The position numbers and the translations under genes were made by a program. The notes below the pieces were generated by a model that was not told the origin of the DNA, searched no databases, and saw only the letters and a list, made by a program, of their open reading frames with translations. This document shows positions 10,164 through 18,838 of a DNA stretch of 40,808 nucleotides, piece after piece. Origin of the DNA: a virus (Duplodnaviria > Caudoviricetes); IMG/VR virus record IMGVR_UViG_3300049739_000204, positions 1-40,808 of that record. One strand, 5' to 3'. The first letter of the stretch is position 1, and every line of letters begins with the position of its first letter.

Positions 10164-10645
10164 TGAATCTTGCAGAGACTGAGCTAAAAATAGGCAACAC
10201 GTCATTTAAGGGCGTGTATATCGCGATACTGTTGAGCTTGGCAACCACGTTAGGGTCAGGGATCTGGGCGGCAAGCACATTATATAGTCGCCTGGTCGAT
10301 GTAGAAGCGCGAAGCATACCTAATGTAAAGCCGCTAGAAGAACGTGTAGGGCTTATTGAGCAAGAGCTAGAAGATAACTCAGTGTCATCGCTACAGGGTA
10401 AGTTAGCTGAACTAGGCACAAACCTCATAGTTATTAAGGATCAACAGACGGGTCTGCTGTTAATACAGAAACAGGTGACCGACTTAGAAAAGCAAATAGA
10501 GTCTATGAAAGGCACGGTAGCTAAGAGTGAAATCATTGCAAAAGACATGGGCGATGTTGGTGACAAATTAGCTGATTTATCGCGAAACGTCGAGGAGTTG
10601 TGGCAAGGACTTGACTATTTATCGAACCCATTGGGCGCTAATTAA
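10163..10645 (+). CDS. Single-pass membrane protein with coiled coil
   Basis: Hydrophobic helix at about aa 17-37, then heptad repeats; TAATG coupling. Confidence 0.75.
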   Translation: MNLAETELKIGNTSFKGVYIAILLSLATTLGSGIWAASTLYSRLVDVEARSIPNVKPLEERVGLIEQELEDNSVSSLQGKLAELGTNLIVIKDQQTGLLLIQKQVTDLEKQIESMKGTVAKSEIIAKDMGDVGDKLADLSRNVEELWQGLDYLSNPLGAN

Positions 10646-10665
10646 TAACATTTTTGGAAATACAT

Positions 10666-10680
10666 TCAACTTGCGGTAGA
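10666..10680. promoter_or_regulatory. Putative operator TCAAC-N5-GT(A)GA
   Basis: TCAACTTGCGGTAGA, one mismatch to the genome-wide palindrome. Confidence 0.55.
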
Positions 10681-10692
10681 ATATACAACTAT

Positions 10693-11115
10693 ATGATGTA
10701 CTCGACTGACGCTAGGTCAATCGGTCAAGCGGGTGAGTTCTTAGCCGCTTCTGTACTACAACGCCATTTCAGGGCGATAGTGCTACCACAAACCCCAGAA
10801 CCCTACGATTTACTTGTTGAAGATGACACTGGTCGTTTTTACAAATGCCAAGTAAAAACAACCGCTGGTGTAGACACTGTAAACAATCACGACTACTTCA
10901 GATTTAGAGCGCAAAAAAACAAGTACGGGAAGGGTAAGCAATACACCGCAGACGAGGCAGACTTTTTTGCGTTTGTTTGTCTTCCTAAGCGGCTTGTGTG
11001 GTTTGTAGATCAACCCAGCACAAAGCGTTGCAACAGGATACGGGTTGATGAAATGAATTTAGAAGTCGAAGAGCAAACATTAAAAAACACAATGGAAAAC
11101 ATACGCAATGTTTAA
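10693..11115 (+). CDS. PD-(D/E)XK endonuclease (homing-endonuclease-like)
   Basis: 'G.AGEFLAA', 'PYDLLV', 'CQVKT', 'DFFAFV' motifs; start probably ATG 10693 rather than TTG 10654. Confidence 0.8.
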   Translation: MMYSTDARSIGQAGEFLAASVLQRHFRAIVLPQTPEPYDLLVEDDTGRFYKCQVKTTAGVDTVNNHDYFRFRAQKNKYGKGKQYTADEADFFAFVCLPKRLVWFVDQPSTKRCNRIRVDEMNLEVEEQTLKNTMENIRNV

Positions 11116-11455
11116 GTATTTCAAGTTACAAGATTTTGACTGTCAAGAGACAGGTGAAAACAGAATGGAAGAAGAATTTATTCACAAGCTTGACGAGTTA
11201 AGAGAGAGCTGTGGTTTTCCATTTATTGTGACAAGCGGCTACAGAAGTCCTAGCCACAGTATTGAAATAAAGAAGGCAAACGGTGGCGGAATGCACACAA
11301 AAGGAATTTCCGCAGACATAAGGATCACCAACTCAAAGGATCGACACACGATTATTAAAAACGCTATGGCGCAAGGGTTCACAGGAATTGGAATACATAG
11401 AACCTTTGTCCATGTAGACACACGACTGGATACCGCCAGAGTATGGCTTTACTGA
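11108..11455 (+). CDS. Endolysin, peptidase M15A family
   Basis: 'TSGYRSPSH', 'H.KG..ADI', 'FVHVD' Zn-peptidase motifs. Confidence 0.88.
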   Translation: MFKYFKLQDFDCQETGENRMEEEFIHKLDELRESCGFPFIVTSGYRSPSHSIEIKKANGGGMHTKGISADIRITNSKDRHTIIKNAMAQGFTGIGIHRTFVHVDTRLDTARVWLY

Positions 11456-11466
11456 GAACTGAAAAT

Positions 11467-11634
11467 ATGACTGAAGAATCTAAGCAAGCACTTGATGTGG
11501 TTGCCGCATCAACTGGCCTATTGAGCCTAGTCGCGTGGCTACCGCCTCTCGCATCTTTGTTAACGATTGTTTGGATGGGAATCAGAATTTATGAGAGCGA
11601 CACCGTTCAGGCCCTGATTCAGAAGCTCAAATGA
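11467..11634 (+). CDS. Small membrane protein, holin-like
   Basis: 55 aa, hydrophobic, 'WLPPLASLLTIVW..IRIYE'; next to endolysin. Confidence 0.65.
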   Translation: MTEESKQALDVVAASTGLLSLVAWLPPLASLLTIVWMGIRIYESDTVQALIQKLK

Positions 11635-12011
11635 ATATCTTAGGTGGCGTTATAAGCGCCGTAGCTGACTTAGGTAAAGGATATCTAAGTAACAAGGCAG
11701 AAGAAAAGCAAGCCAAGCATCAAGCTAAACTCAAGATCATTGAAAGTGATTCCAACTGGGAATCCAAGATGGCTGACGCTACAAGTAACTCATGGAAAGA
11801 TGAGTATCTTGTACTGGTGCTGACTTCGCCGCTGTTCTTTATAGGGTATGCGGTCGCAGTCGATGACCCAACAATCATTGACCGGGTAAAAGCAGGAATG
11901 GACGCACTGGGCGACCTACCTGATTGGTACGCTTATTTATTATTTGTAGCTTGTACAGCGTCTTTTGGCGTTAAAGGCGCAGACAAACTTATGAATTTGA
12001 GGAAGAAATAA
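11631..12011 (+). CDS. Holin-like membrane protein (3TM holin type)
   Basis: 'SWKDEY', TM segments, 'LPDWY', 'ASFGVK'. Confidence 0.7.
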   Translation: MNILGGVISAVADLGKGYLSNKAEEKQAKHQAKLKIIESDSNWESKMADATSNSWKDEYLVLVLTSPLFFIGYAVAVDDPTIIDRVKAGMDALGDLPDWYAYLLFVACTASFGVKGADKLMNLRKK

Positions 12012-12988
12012 TGGGTTTAGAAACCGGAACGCATATAAACAACTTAATTGTAACTAACCCTACAGACGCAGATGATGTTCGAGATGGTTACGCGCACTTA
12101 CAGTTGTTAAAAACCACAATCAAAAACACGTTTCCACAAGTTACTGGCACTGTAACTAAATCGCATACCCAAATAAACAATGCGGTAACTGACGTTGCCA
12201 ATGCGGCATCGGCTAACACGGCGAGTCAGTTGGTTGCCAGAGACGGTAGCGGTAATTTTGCCGCAGGAACTATTACAGCCGCACTAACTGGTAATGTTAC
12301 GGGTAACGTCACGGGTAACGTCACGGGTAACGTCACGGGTAACGTCACAGGTAATGTGATAGGTAACACTAGCGGTACAGCCGGCTCTTTAGCTAACTCA
12401 CAAACAATACAGCTCACCGGCGACGTCACAGGCTCTGCTACTTTTAATGGAACAGCAACAGCCTCAATAACGGCAACCGTCACTGACGACTCGCACAACC
12501 ACACCATTGCAAACGTAGATGGTTTGCAAACGGCGTTAGATGCCAAGCTAGAGAACATTCTTAATCTTTCATACCCGGTAGGTTCTATCTATATCACAGT
12601 AGATCCGCTGTTTAATCCAGAAATCACATTTGGTGGCAACTGGTCACCGTTTGGCGCGGGTAGAGTTTTGGTTGGTTTAGATTCGACAGACGCACAGTTT
12701 GATACTTGTGAAGAAGAGTCTGGTTCTAAAACACACACCATTACCGAAGCACAAATGCCAACGCATAAACACGGGAGTAACTTACGCTTAGAAGGCGCGG
12801 CAAACGGAAACATTCTTATTGATAATAGCCTGTACTACAACACTGGTGTTGGTGGTAGAGAAATAGACGAATTGTCAGAGAGTAACGGTGGTGACTCTAC
12901 ATATACACAAACTGCGGGTAGCGGCAACTCAATGCCGATTGTACAGCCATCTATTGTCGTAAAAATGTGGAAGAGGGATCCAGATTAA
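12011..12988 (+). CDS. Short tail fibre/spike protein with tail-collar-like C-terminus
   Basis: GNVT repeats, 'DDSHNHT', 'YPVGSIY...GRVLVG...KTHT.T..QMP.H.H'. Confidence 0.75.
   Translation: MGLETGTHINNLIVTNPTDADDVRDGYAHLQLLKTTIKNTFPQVTGTVTKSHTQINNAVTDVANAASANTASQLVARDGSGNFAAGTITAALTGNVTGNVTGNVTGNVTGNVTGNVIGNTSGTAGSLANSQTIQLTGDVTGSATFNGTATASITATVTDDSHNHTIANVDGLQTALDAKLENILNLSYPVGSIYITVDPLFNPEITFGGNWSPFGAGRVLVGLDSTDAQFDTCEEESGSKTHTITEAQMPTHKHGSNLRLEGAANGNILIDNSLYYNTGVGGREIDELSESNGGDSTYTQTAGSGNSMPIVQPSIVVKMWKRDPD
12290..12361 (+). repeat. 12-bp in-frame tandem repeat, six units (GNVT)
   Basis: GGTAACGTCACG perfect three times (12302-12337) plus three variant units. Confidence 0.9.
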
Positions 12989-14547
12989 TGAGTTTTGTAC
13001 CGCTAAGAGGTATTGGCTCTGGAGGTTTGGTTACAGACCAAGACCCTTATGATCTTGAACTGACTCAGTTTCCTGACGGCAATAATGTTCTTTTCGACAA
13101 CGGGCGGTTAGGTAAAGCTAAGGGGTATGTGGATGCACTCACTCACAGCGCGGCGCCTCACCACGTTCAAGCGTGGTCATCGCAAAACAGTTCAGTAATT
13201 TTTGGAACTAACACACAACTGTTTAAATTTGACGGAACCTCAACCGCAACAAACATTACTAAGACTAGCGATAGCACAGTCTATAGTAGCAGTTCCCGGT
13301 GGCAATCTGAGCAAATCGGTACAGGCGTGATGTTTAACAACGGGTCTGACGTTCCTCAGTTTATTGCGCCAAACGATACAAGATTTAGTGACATATCTAA
13401 CTGGCCAACCGGCGTAAGAACGCAATGCTTAAAACCTTATAACTCATTTTTGGTTATGGTTGGCTATAACACAAGCTCAAGCCAACATCCGTTTAGTGTT
13501 AGATGGTCAGACGAATATGATCCATCCGGTGTTCCGGGTAGCTACGACATAACTTCAACGACTAACTTATCTGGAGCTAATACGCTTTCAGGTAGCAACG
13601 GTAAATTAATAGACCAACTAACCCTTGGAAACTCGCAAATAATTTATGCTGAAAACGGCGTTTACGCTATGGACTTCATAGGCGCACCGTTTGTATTTAG
13701 CTTCCGAGAATTGTACACAGATGATGGAATTATTAACCGTGGCGCTTGTGCCTCGTTTATGAACCAGCACCTTGTTGTAGGTAACAACGACATATATCTA
13801 CATGACGGCAACAGCAAAAAAAGCGTAGCCGATAAACGTGTAAGAGATAGATTTTACAACTCCATTACCAACACAGACGCAATATTTTGTACAACTATGG
13901 ATCACAGGTCTGAGGTTTGGATAGCTTACTCGGATGGAGAGGCGTCTGATTCAGCTTCAGCTAACAAGGCTATGGTATACAACTGGGCGCAAAACGCTTG
14001 GACGTTTGTCGACCTACCTGATGTACGATCAATCACACTTGCAGTGTCGATGGACGACCCCACACAGGGCGACTGGGACGACTTACCTGTTGGACTGTCT
14101 TGGAGTGAAACGACCGACCTGTGGAACACAGCGTCACAAACAACAGCCGCAGAGCCTATGCGCGTGTTCAGTGCAAGCACAGGACACTCTAAGATACACC
14201 GCTTAGATTACACATACTCCAACACCGCCAACTCTTTTGTTGAAGCAACAAAGATTGATTTGGACAGTGTTATGCAAGTATCTACAAACAGCATCAAACA
14301 GTTAAATGGCATACTGCCGCAGATTGAAGGCGCTGGAACTGTAAACATTACTGTAGGGTCAAGTGACACACCGATGGGCGGCATACTTTGGAAGCCTTCA
14401 GTTGCGTACAACATCGACACAGATCACAAAGTTGATGTAAGAGCGTCGGGTAGATACTTAGCTTTAAGAATTGAAAGCCAAACGTCTAATGGCCACTGGA
14501 GAGTGACTGGCCTTGATTTAGATATTCGTGAGGTGGCTGGTCGATGA
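12988..14547 (+). CDS. Tail nozzle / DNA stabilisation protein (P22 gp10-like)
   Basis: Beta-propeller-like sequence with 'VRWSD', 'EVWIAY', 'YNW....W', 'GRYLALRI'; TAATG start at 12988. Confidence 0.75.
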   Translation: MSFVPLRGIGSGGLVTDQDPYDLELTQFPDGNNVLFDNGRLGKAKGYVDALTHSAAPHHVQAWSSQNSSVIFGTNTQLFKFDGTSTATNITKTSDSTVYSSSSRWQSEQIGTGVMFNNGSDVPQFIAPNDTRFSDISNWPTGVRTQCLKPYNSFLVMVGYNTSSSQHPFSVRWSDEYDPSGVPGSYDITSTTNLSGANTLSGSNGKLIDQLTLGNSQIIYAENGVYAMDFIGAPFVFSFRELYTDDGIINRGACASFMNQHLVVGNNDIYLHDGNSKKSVADKRVRDRFYNSITNTDAIFCTTMDHRSEVWIAYSDGEASDSASANKAMVYNWAQNAWTFVDLPDVRSITLAVSMDDPTQGDWDDLPVGLSWSETTDLWNTASQTTAAEPMRVFSASTGHSKIHRLDYTYSNTANSFVEATKIDLDSVMQVSTNSIKQLNGILPQIEGAGTVNITVGSSDTPMGGILWKPSVAYNIDTDHKVDVRASGRYLALRIESQTSNGHWRVTGLDLDIREVAGR

Positions 14548-16055
14548 GCTATAAACCTTCATTTAGTCAGTCACTAACATTAGACGGTCTAAAACGCTGG
14601 ATAAGCTCAGAGCTTGTGCGTATATCTAACGCACTGGTTACAAGTACCCAGAAGACAAAACTTGAAGTAGCAACTGCTGAACCAGCAAAACCACAAACCG
14701 GTGAAGTTGTACTCGCAGACGGTACAGACTGGAATCCAAGCAATGGCCGTGGGTTGTATTACTACGACGCTGGGTGGCAACAAGTTGGATCAGGTGGATC
14801 AGGAACAGAAGTTAACGACTTAACAACCAGCGTAACTTGGGCAAATGTGCCTGACGCCAACATTAATGCATCAAGCGTTACACAGCATCAAAGCGCATTA
14901 AGTATTACTGAATCACAGATAAGCGACTTAGGTACTTACTTAACTAGCCATCAAGATATCTCAGGTAAAGTAAACAAATCAGGTGATACATTTACTGGCG
15001 ATGTTAGTGTTAGCGGCACAAATAACCTTGACGTGGGTCAAAACCACTCAGTTACTGGAGACAGAAATGTTGTTAATGGTTATGACAATACAGTATCTGG
15101 TATTAACAATAACGTATCTGGTCAAGACAACACTGTTAATGGCGATGTGTCTTTAGTTACTGGTTACGCAAATGTTACAGGCTCTAGTGGTGATAGAGGT
15201 ATAACTGCAGGATACAACAACTACAACTATAGCGAAAATAGTATAATAGTAGGCAACAGTAACAACACTAGCTCTACTGGTCATAACTCTATAGTAGGTG
15301 GATATAACAACTCAGCAAGCGGTAATCATTGCCTTGCTGTTGGCTATCAATGTCAAGTAGGTGGACCTACTAAATGGTTTTCTACTGGCTTAGGTTATCA
15401 AACGCAATCACTTGGCACTGCTAGTTTCACAGGTGGTAGGTCTACATATGACGGCTTAGTAAAATATACCCAAGTAGATGCAGATGCAGGGTTTGCTTTT
15501 GGTACTGGAAATCATGTATTTGCAAATGCACCAAGCAGTATTGCGCTAGGAACTTTAACACACTGTGGTGAAAGCAGTCCCTCTTCTGGCGTTACTGCGG
15601 CACAGTCTATGGCTATAGGCTACAGGTCAAAAGCCTATAAAGACAACAGTTTTGCAGGTGGTAACCAAAGTTACTCTTTCGGTGATACATCTTTTTCATT
15701 TGGTAATGGTGCAGTAGCCAGTAATGGCTTTTCCAATATTGCACTAGGTAGAGGTATTACAACGCCTGTTAGTGGTGGCATAGCTACTACTATTGGAGCT
15801 GTAAGTGTAGGTCAATTCAATGAGTATGCAGTCACTACCGACCAACACTTTTCTGTTGGTACAGGGACAACTGATGGTTCTAGGTACACATCTATGTATG
15901 TAGGCCCGCGCTCTTCAGCAAACAGTGGAATTGTTATGAAGGCACTTAAAGACAGTGCCGGGTATTCCAGTGACAGTTCAGCGGCTACAGGTGGTGTTCC
16001 ATTAGGTGGCCTATATAGAACATCCAGTGGATATATAAAAGTGAGGATAGCGTAA
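14544..16055 (+). CDS. Tail fibre with adhesin-like beta-roll repeats
   Basis: Repeats of 'G..N.V' and 'S.A.G'; C-terminal 'GGVPLGGLYR'. Confidence 0.72.
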   Translation: MSYKPSFSQSLTLDGLKRWISSELVRISNALVTSTQKTKLEVATAEPAKPQTGEVVLADGTDWNPSNGRGLYYYDAGWQQVGSGGSGTEVNDLTTSVTWANVPDANINASSVTQHQSALSITESQISDLGTYLTSHQDISGKVNKSGDTFTGDVSVSGTNNLDVGQNHSVTGDRNVVNGYDNTVSGINNNVSGQDNTVNGDVSLVTGYANVTGSSGDRGITAGYNNYNYSENSIIVGNSNNTSSTGHNSIVGGYNNSASGNHCLAVGYQCQVGGPTKWFSTGLGYQTQSLGTASFTGGRSTYDGLVKYTQVDADAGFAFGTGNHVFANAPSSIALGTLTHCGESSPSSGVTAAQSMAIGYRSKAYKDNSFAGGNQSYSFGDTSFSFGNGAVASNGFSNIALGRGITTPVSGGIATTIGAVSVGQFNEYAVTTDQHFSVGTGTTDGSRYTSMYVGPRSSANSGIVMKALKDSAGYSSDSSAATGGVPLGGLYRTSSGYIKVRIA

Positions 16056-16393
16056 TGGCGATTACTTGGGATATTAAAGAAATAAAAATCAACGACAATA
16101 ATGGTGTTACATACGTTCATTATTTTGCGTGGGATGAAGAGGTTACAGGTGAAGGTTTAAATTCCAGAACCTACCACGGTTACTACGACGGTTTTGTTGA
16201 GTATGAACCTGACGCTGAATCTGATGGGTATACCGTCTTTAACGACCTAACTAAAGAGCAAGTGTTAGGTTGGGTTAACAGCACAATCGGCAGTGAGATG
16301 GTGACAACGATTGAAAACGCAGTAGCCGCACAAATTACTAACGCTAAACAGTTGGAGGCTAAGGTTGCTTTTCCTTGGTCAGAATCTGAATAG
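16055..16393 (+). CDS. Probable tail fibre accessory protein
   Basis: 'ITWDI', 'F.DLTKEQVLGWV', terminal 'FPW'; TAATG coupling to fibre gene. Confidence 0.65.
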   Translation: MAITWDIKEIKINDNNGVTYVHYFAWDEEVTGEGLNSRTYHGYYDGFVEYEPDAESDGYTVFNDLTKEQVLGWVNSTIGSEMVTTIENAVAAQITNAKQLEAKVAFPWSESE

Positions 16394-16434
16394 AATCTGA
16401 ATAGAAACTAAATTTAAAGTATAGGAATAGAACA

Positions 16435-17505
16435 ATGGGATTAAGTTTTGGATCAAGCAAGTCACGGTCAAACTCAAGCTCTAGCGCCAAGACGTTTGTT
16501 GATGAAAGCCAACAGCCGTATTTAGACGACATACGGAGTCAGGCGCAAGACTTAAACGCAAACGCTATGCCTGTAGAGCAGGTAGCTAACACAACCGCAG
16601 ACATGGCTAACTTAAACGCCAACCAATACGCTGGCGGTAATATGCAAGCGGGTGCTGGTGCGGGCCTTATGTCTCAAGGTGCGGCACAAACCGCTGGCAC
16701 AGGTCAGGCAATGAACTACGCCACAAACGCAATGGGTGGAACCGCCGGTGCGGGCATACAGACTGCTATGGGTGCGGGACAATCTATGGCCGGAAACGCG
16801 GCGATGGGCAGTGCGGCTATGAACCAAGGGTTTAACCCCAATAACGCCAGTCGGTATATAAATAACGACGTGTTAAGCGGTCAGATTGACGCCGCCGCTC
16901 GCGATGTTACTCGAAATTTAAACGAAAACACATTAACAGGTATTGCATCTGGTGCGGCTGGAACAGGTAACTCTGGTAGCACAAGAGCCGGAGTAGCCGC
17001 TGGTATTGCCGCCCGTGGCGCTGGTGATCGCATAGGCGATATTGCGGCGGGACTTAGAGGCAACGCATACAACCAAGGCCTTAATATTGAAGCTCAGAGA
17101 GCGGCACAAAATGCCGGGTTCCAACAACAAACAAACATGGGTAACCAAAACGCATTTAACAACATGATGCAGTTTGGCGCTGGCGTTGGTCAAAACGCAT
17201 TTAACAGTAATATGCAGAACGCTCAGTTTGGAGCAAACATGGCTCAAAACATTGGTCAGGGCGGCGTTAATAACATGGTGTCGGGTGCAAACATGATGAA
17301 CACCGGGTTCGATACGGCGATGAACTCAGCTCAGTACGGTCAAGACTATAACCAGTCACTGCTGAACTACGACTACCGCAACCAATCAGCGCCATACACC
17401 AGTCTTGATTTCTACAACAATATTGTGGGTGGGCCAAACAACCTAAGCGAATCAGAATCAGAATCTTCAAGCAAATCAAGTAGCTTTAGTTTAGGCATAG
17501 GCTAA
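16435..17505 (+). CDS. DNA ejection/pilot protein
   Basis: G/A/N/Q/M-rich, 'GNSGSTRAGVA' motif, Ser-rich termini. Confidence 0.7.
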   Translation: MGLSFGSSKSRSNSSSSAKTFVDESQQPYLDDIRSQAQDLNANAMPVEQVANTTADMANLNANQYAGGNMQAGAGAGLMSQGAAQTAGTGQAMNYATNAMGGTAGAGIQTAMGAGQSMAGNAAMGSAAMNQGFNPNNASRYINNDVLSGQIDAAARDVTRNLNENTLTGIASGAAGTGNSGSTRAGVAAGIAARGAGDRIGDIAAGLRGNAYNQGLNIEAQRAAQNAGFQQQTNMGNQNAFNNMMQFGAGVGQNAFNSNMQNAQFGANMAQNIGQGGVNNMVSGANMMNTGFDTAMNSAQYGQDYNQSLLNYDYRNQSAPYTSLDFYNNIVGGPNNLSESESESSSKSSSFSLGIG

Positions 17506-17518
17506 GAGGAACTAGCGA

Positions 17519-18838
17519 ATGGCGAATAGATATTTCGACACATTAAGAGATCGAACCGAAGGTGATAACCTTCTCGATGCACAGTACCAACCTAACGATG
17601 TCATCACTAACTTGTATAAGGACAACCTTGCGCCTTTGCAGATTGAAGATCCGGCCGCGCAAAACCTTGCACAAGCGGCTGGCTTTGTACAAAACGCTGA
17701 CGGTAACTTTCAGACGCCAATGCGCGGCATGGCTAACTACGCTGATCAGCGTGAAGCGGCACTGCAACAGGCGTACAGAAAGAAGTACGACGAAACTCGT
17801 GAAAGTTTAGGCTTTAAGGTTGCAGACACATTAGCCGACACAGGCAGAATGTTTCTATCGCCGTTGCTGTGGTTAGGTGGCGAAGACCCAACTAAGTACG
17901 ACCCAAGTTATCAACTTGAGGCTGGGTATCGTAAGCAATTTGATCAGTCTGAGCAGTTTAGACAGGCGCTGTATACTAAAGTAAATAACGCCAGAACTGC
18001 TCGTAGAGACAAAGCCGCAGAACTTGCGAAGACTGCAAGAGAATCGTTAGCACCCGCAAGCTCTGAATACAAAAAGATGTCTGATTTTGCAAAAAGAACA
18101 AACCAAATAGGACTGTTTAATTCCGGTAAACCTGAAGATATTAACAGTCTTAATAACCAAATGATGATTATGGACGGTAGCGCAGTCCCTATATCTGGCA
18201 ATAGAGTGTTAAAGGGCGATATGCTTACGCGCCTTGAAGGATACGGCAAAGACTTTACAAAGTTAACGACAGGCGTTGGAGAGGCTTACGAGGCTTACGA
18301 TCGTTTAATGACGGCGTTAACAGTTCCTCAATCTGGGCCAGCAGATATTGCGGCAATTTTTGGCTTTATGAAAACACTTGATCCGCGATCTGTTGTCCGT
18401 GAGAGTGAGTTTCAGGTTGCCGCTGAAGCGGGCGGTATCTGGGATAAGATCACAAACCTTTCTGAAAAATACAGTAAAGGTGAAGTTTTACCCGATGCAG
18501 TTCGTAAAGAGATGGCAAATCTATCTACTCAGCTTATGGAAAGTTACAAAAAAACTTATGTGAGAAATCGTGAAGATTACGAAAATCGCATGGGTTATCT
18601 TGGTTTTGGCGCTGAAGAAGATATAAATACTTTCCTTGGTCAGCGTATGGAGCTTCCTGAGTTTAATATCAAACCTCAAGGAAACACTATTGTTCCTCCA
18701 CCAGTTGGACTTGGCGGTAACTTCACACCGCTTCGACCAGAGTTAATGCCTTCAATTAATAATCAAAGCATGGAGGAGTATGAACTATTTGAGAACGTAA
18801 TGAAAAAGTACCTTCCAGCAGGAGGAATTAATCAATGA
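17519..18838 (+). CDS. Internal virion (ejection) protein
   Basis: 'DIAAIFGFMKTLDPRSVVRESEF' motif; position in ejection cluster. Confidence 0.7.
   Translation: MANRYFDTLRDRTEGDNLLDAQYQPNDVITNLYKDNLAPLQIEDPAAQNLAQAAGFVQNADGNFQTPMRGMANYADQREAALQQAYRKKYDETRESLGFKVADTLADTGRMFLSPLLWLGGEDPTKYDPSYQLEAGYRKQFDQSEQFRQALYTKVNNARTARRDKAAELAKTARESLAPASSEYKKMSDFAKRTNQIGLFNSGKPEDINSLNNQMMIMDGSAVPISGNRVLKGDMLTRLEGYGKDFTKLTTGVGEAYEAYDRLMTALTVPQSGPADIAAIFGFMKTLDPRSVVRESEFQVAAEAGGIWDKITNLSEKYSKGEVLPDAVRKEMANLSTQLMESYKKTYVRNREDYENRMGYLGFGAEEDINTFLGQRMELPEFNIKPQGNTIVPPPVGLGGNFTPLRPELMPSINNQSMEEYELFENVMKKYLPAGGINQ

Noticed and set aside
3781-16055. Diversity-generating retroelement or invertible tail-fibre cassette
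   Set aside because: No reverse transcriptase or invertase, and no template/variable repeat pair seen
16381-16405. 11-bp tandem duplication AGAATCTGAAT at a stop codon as an insertion scar
   Set aside because: No associated element; simple slippage duplication
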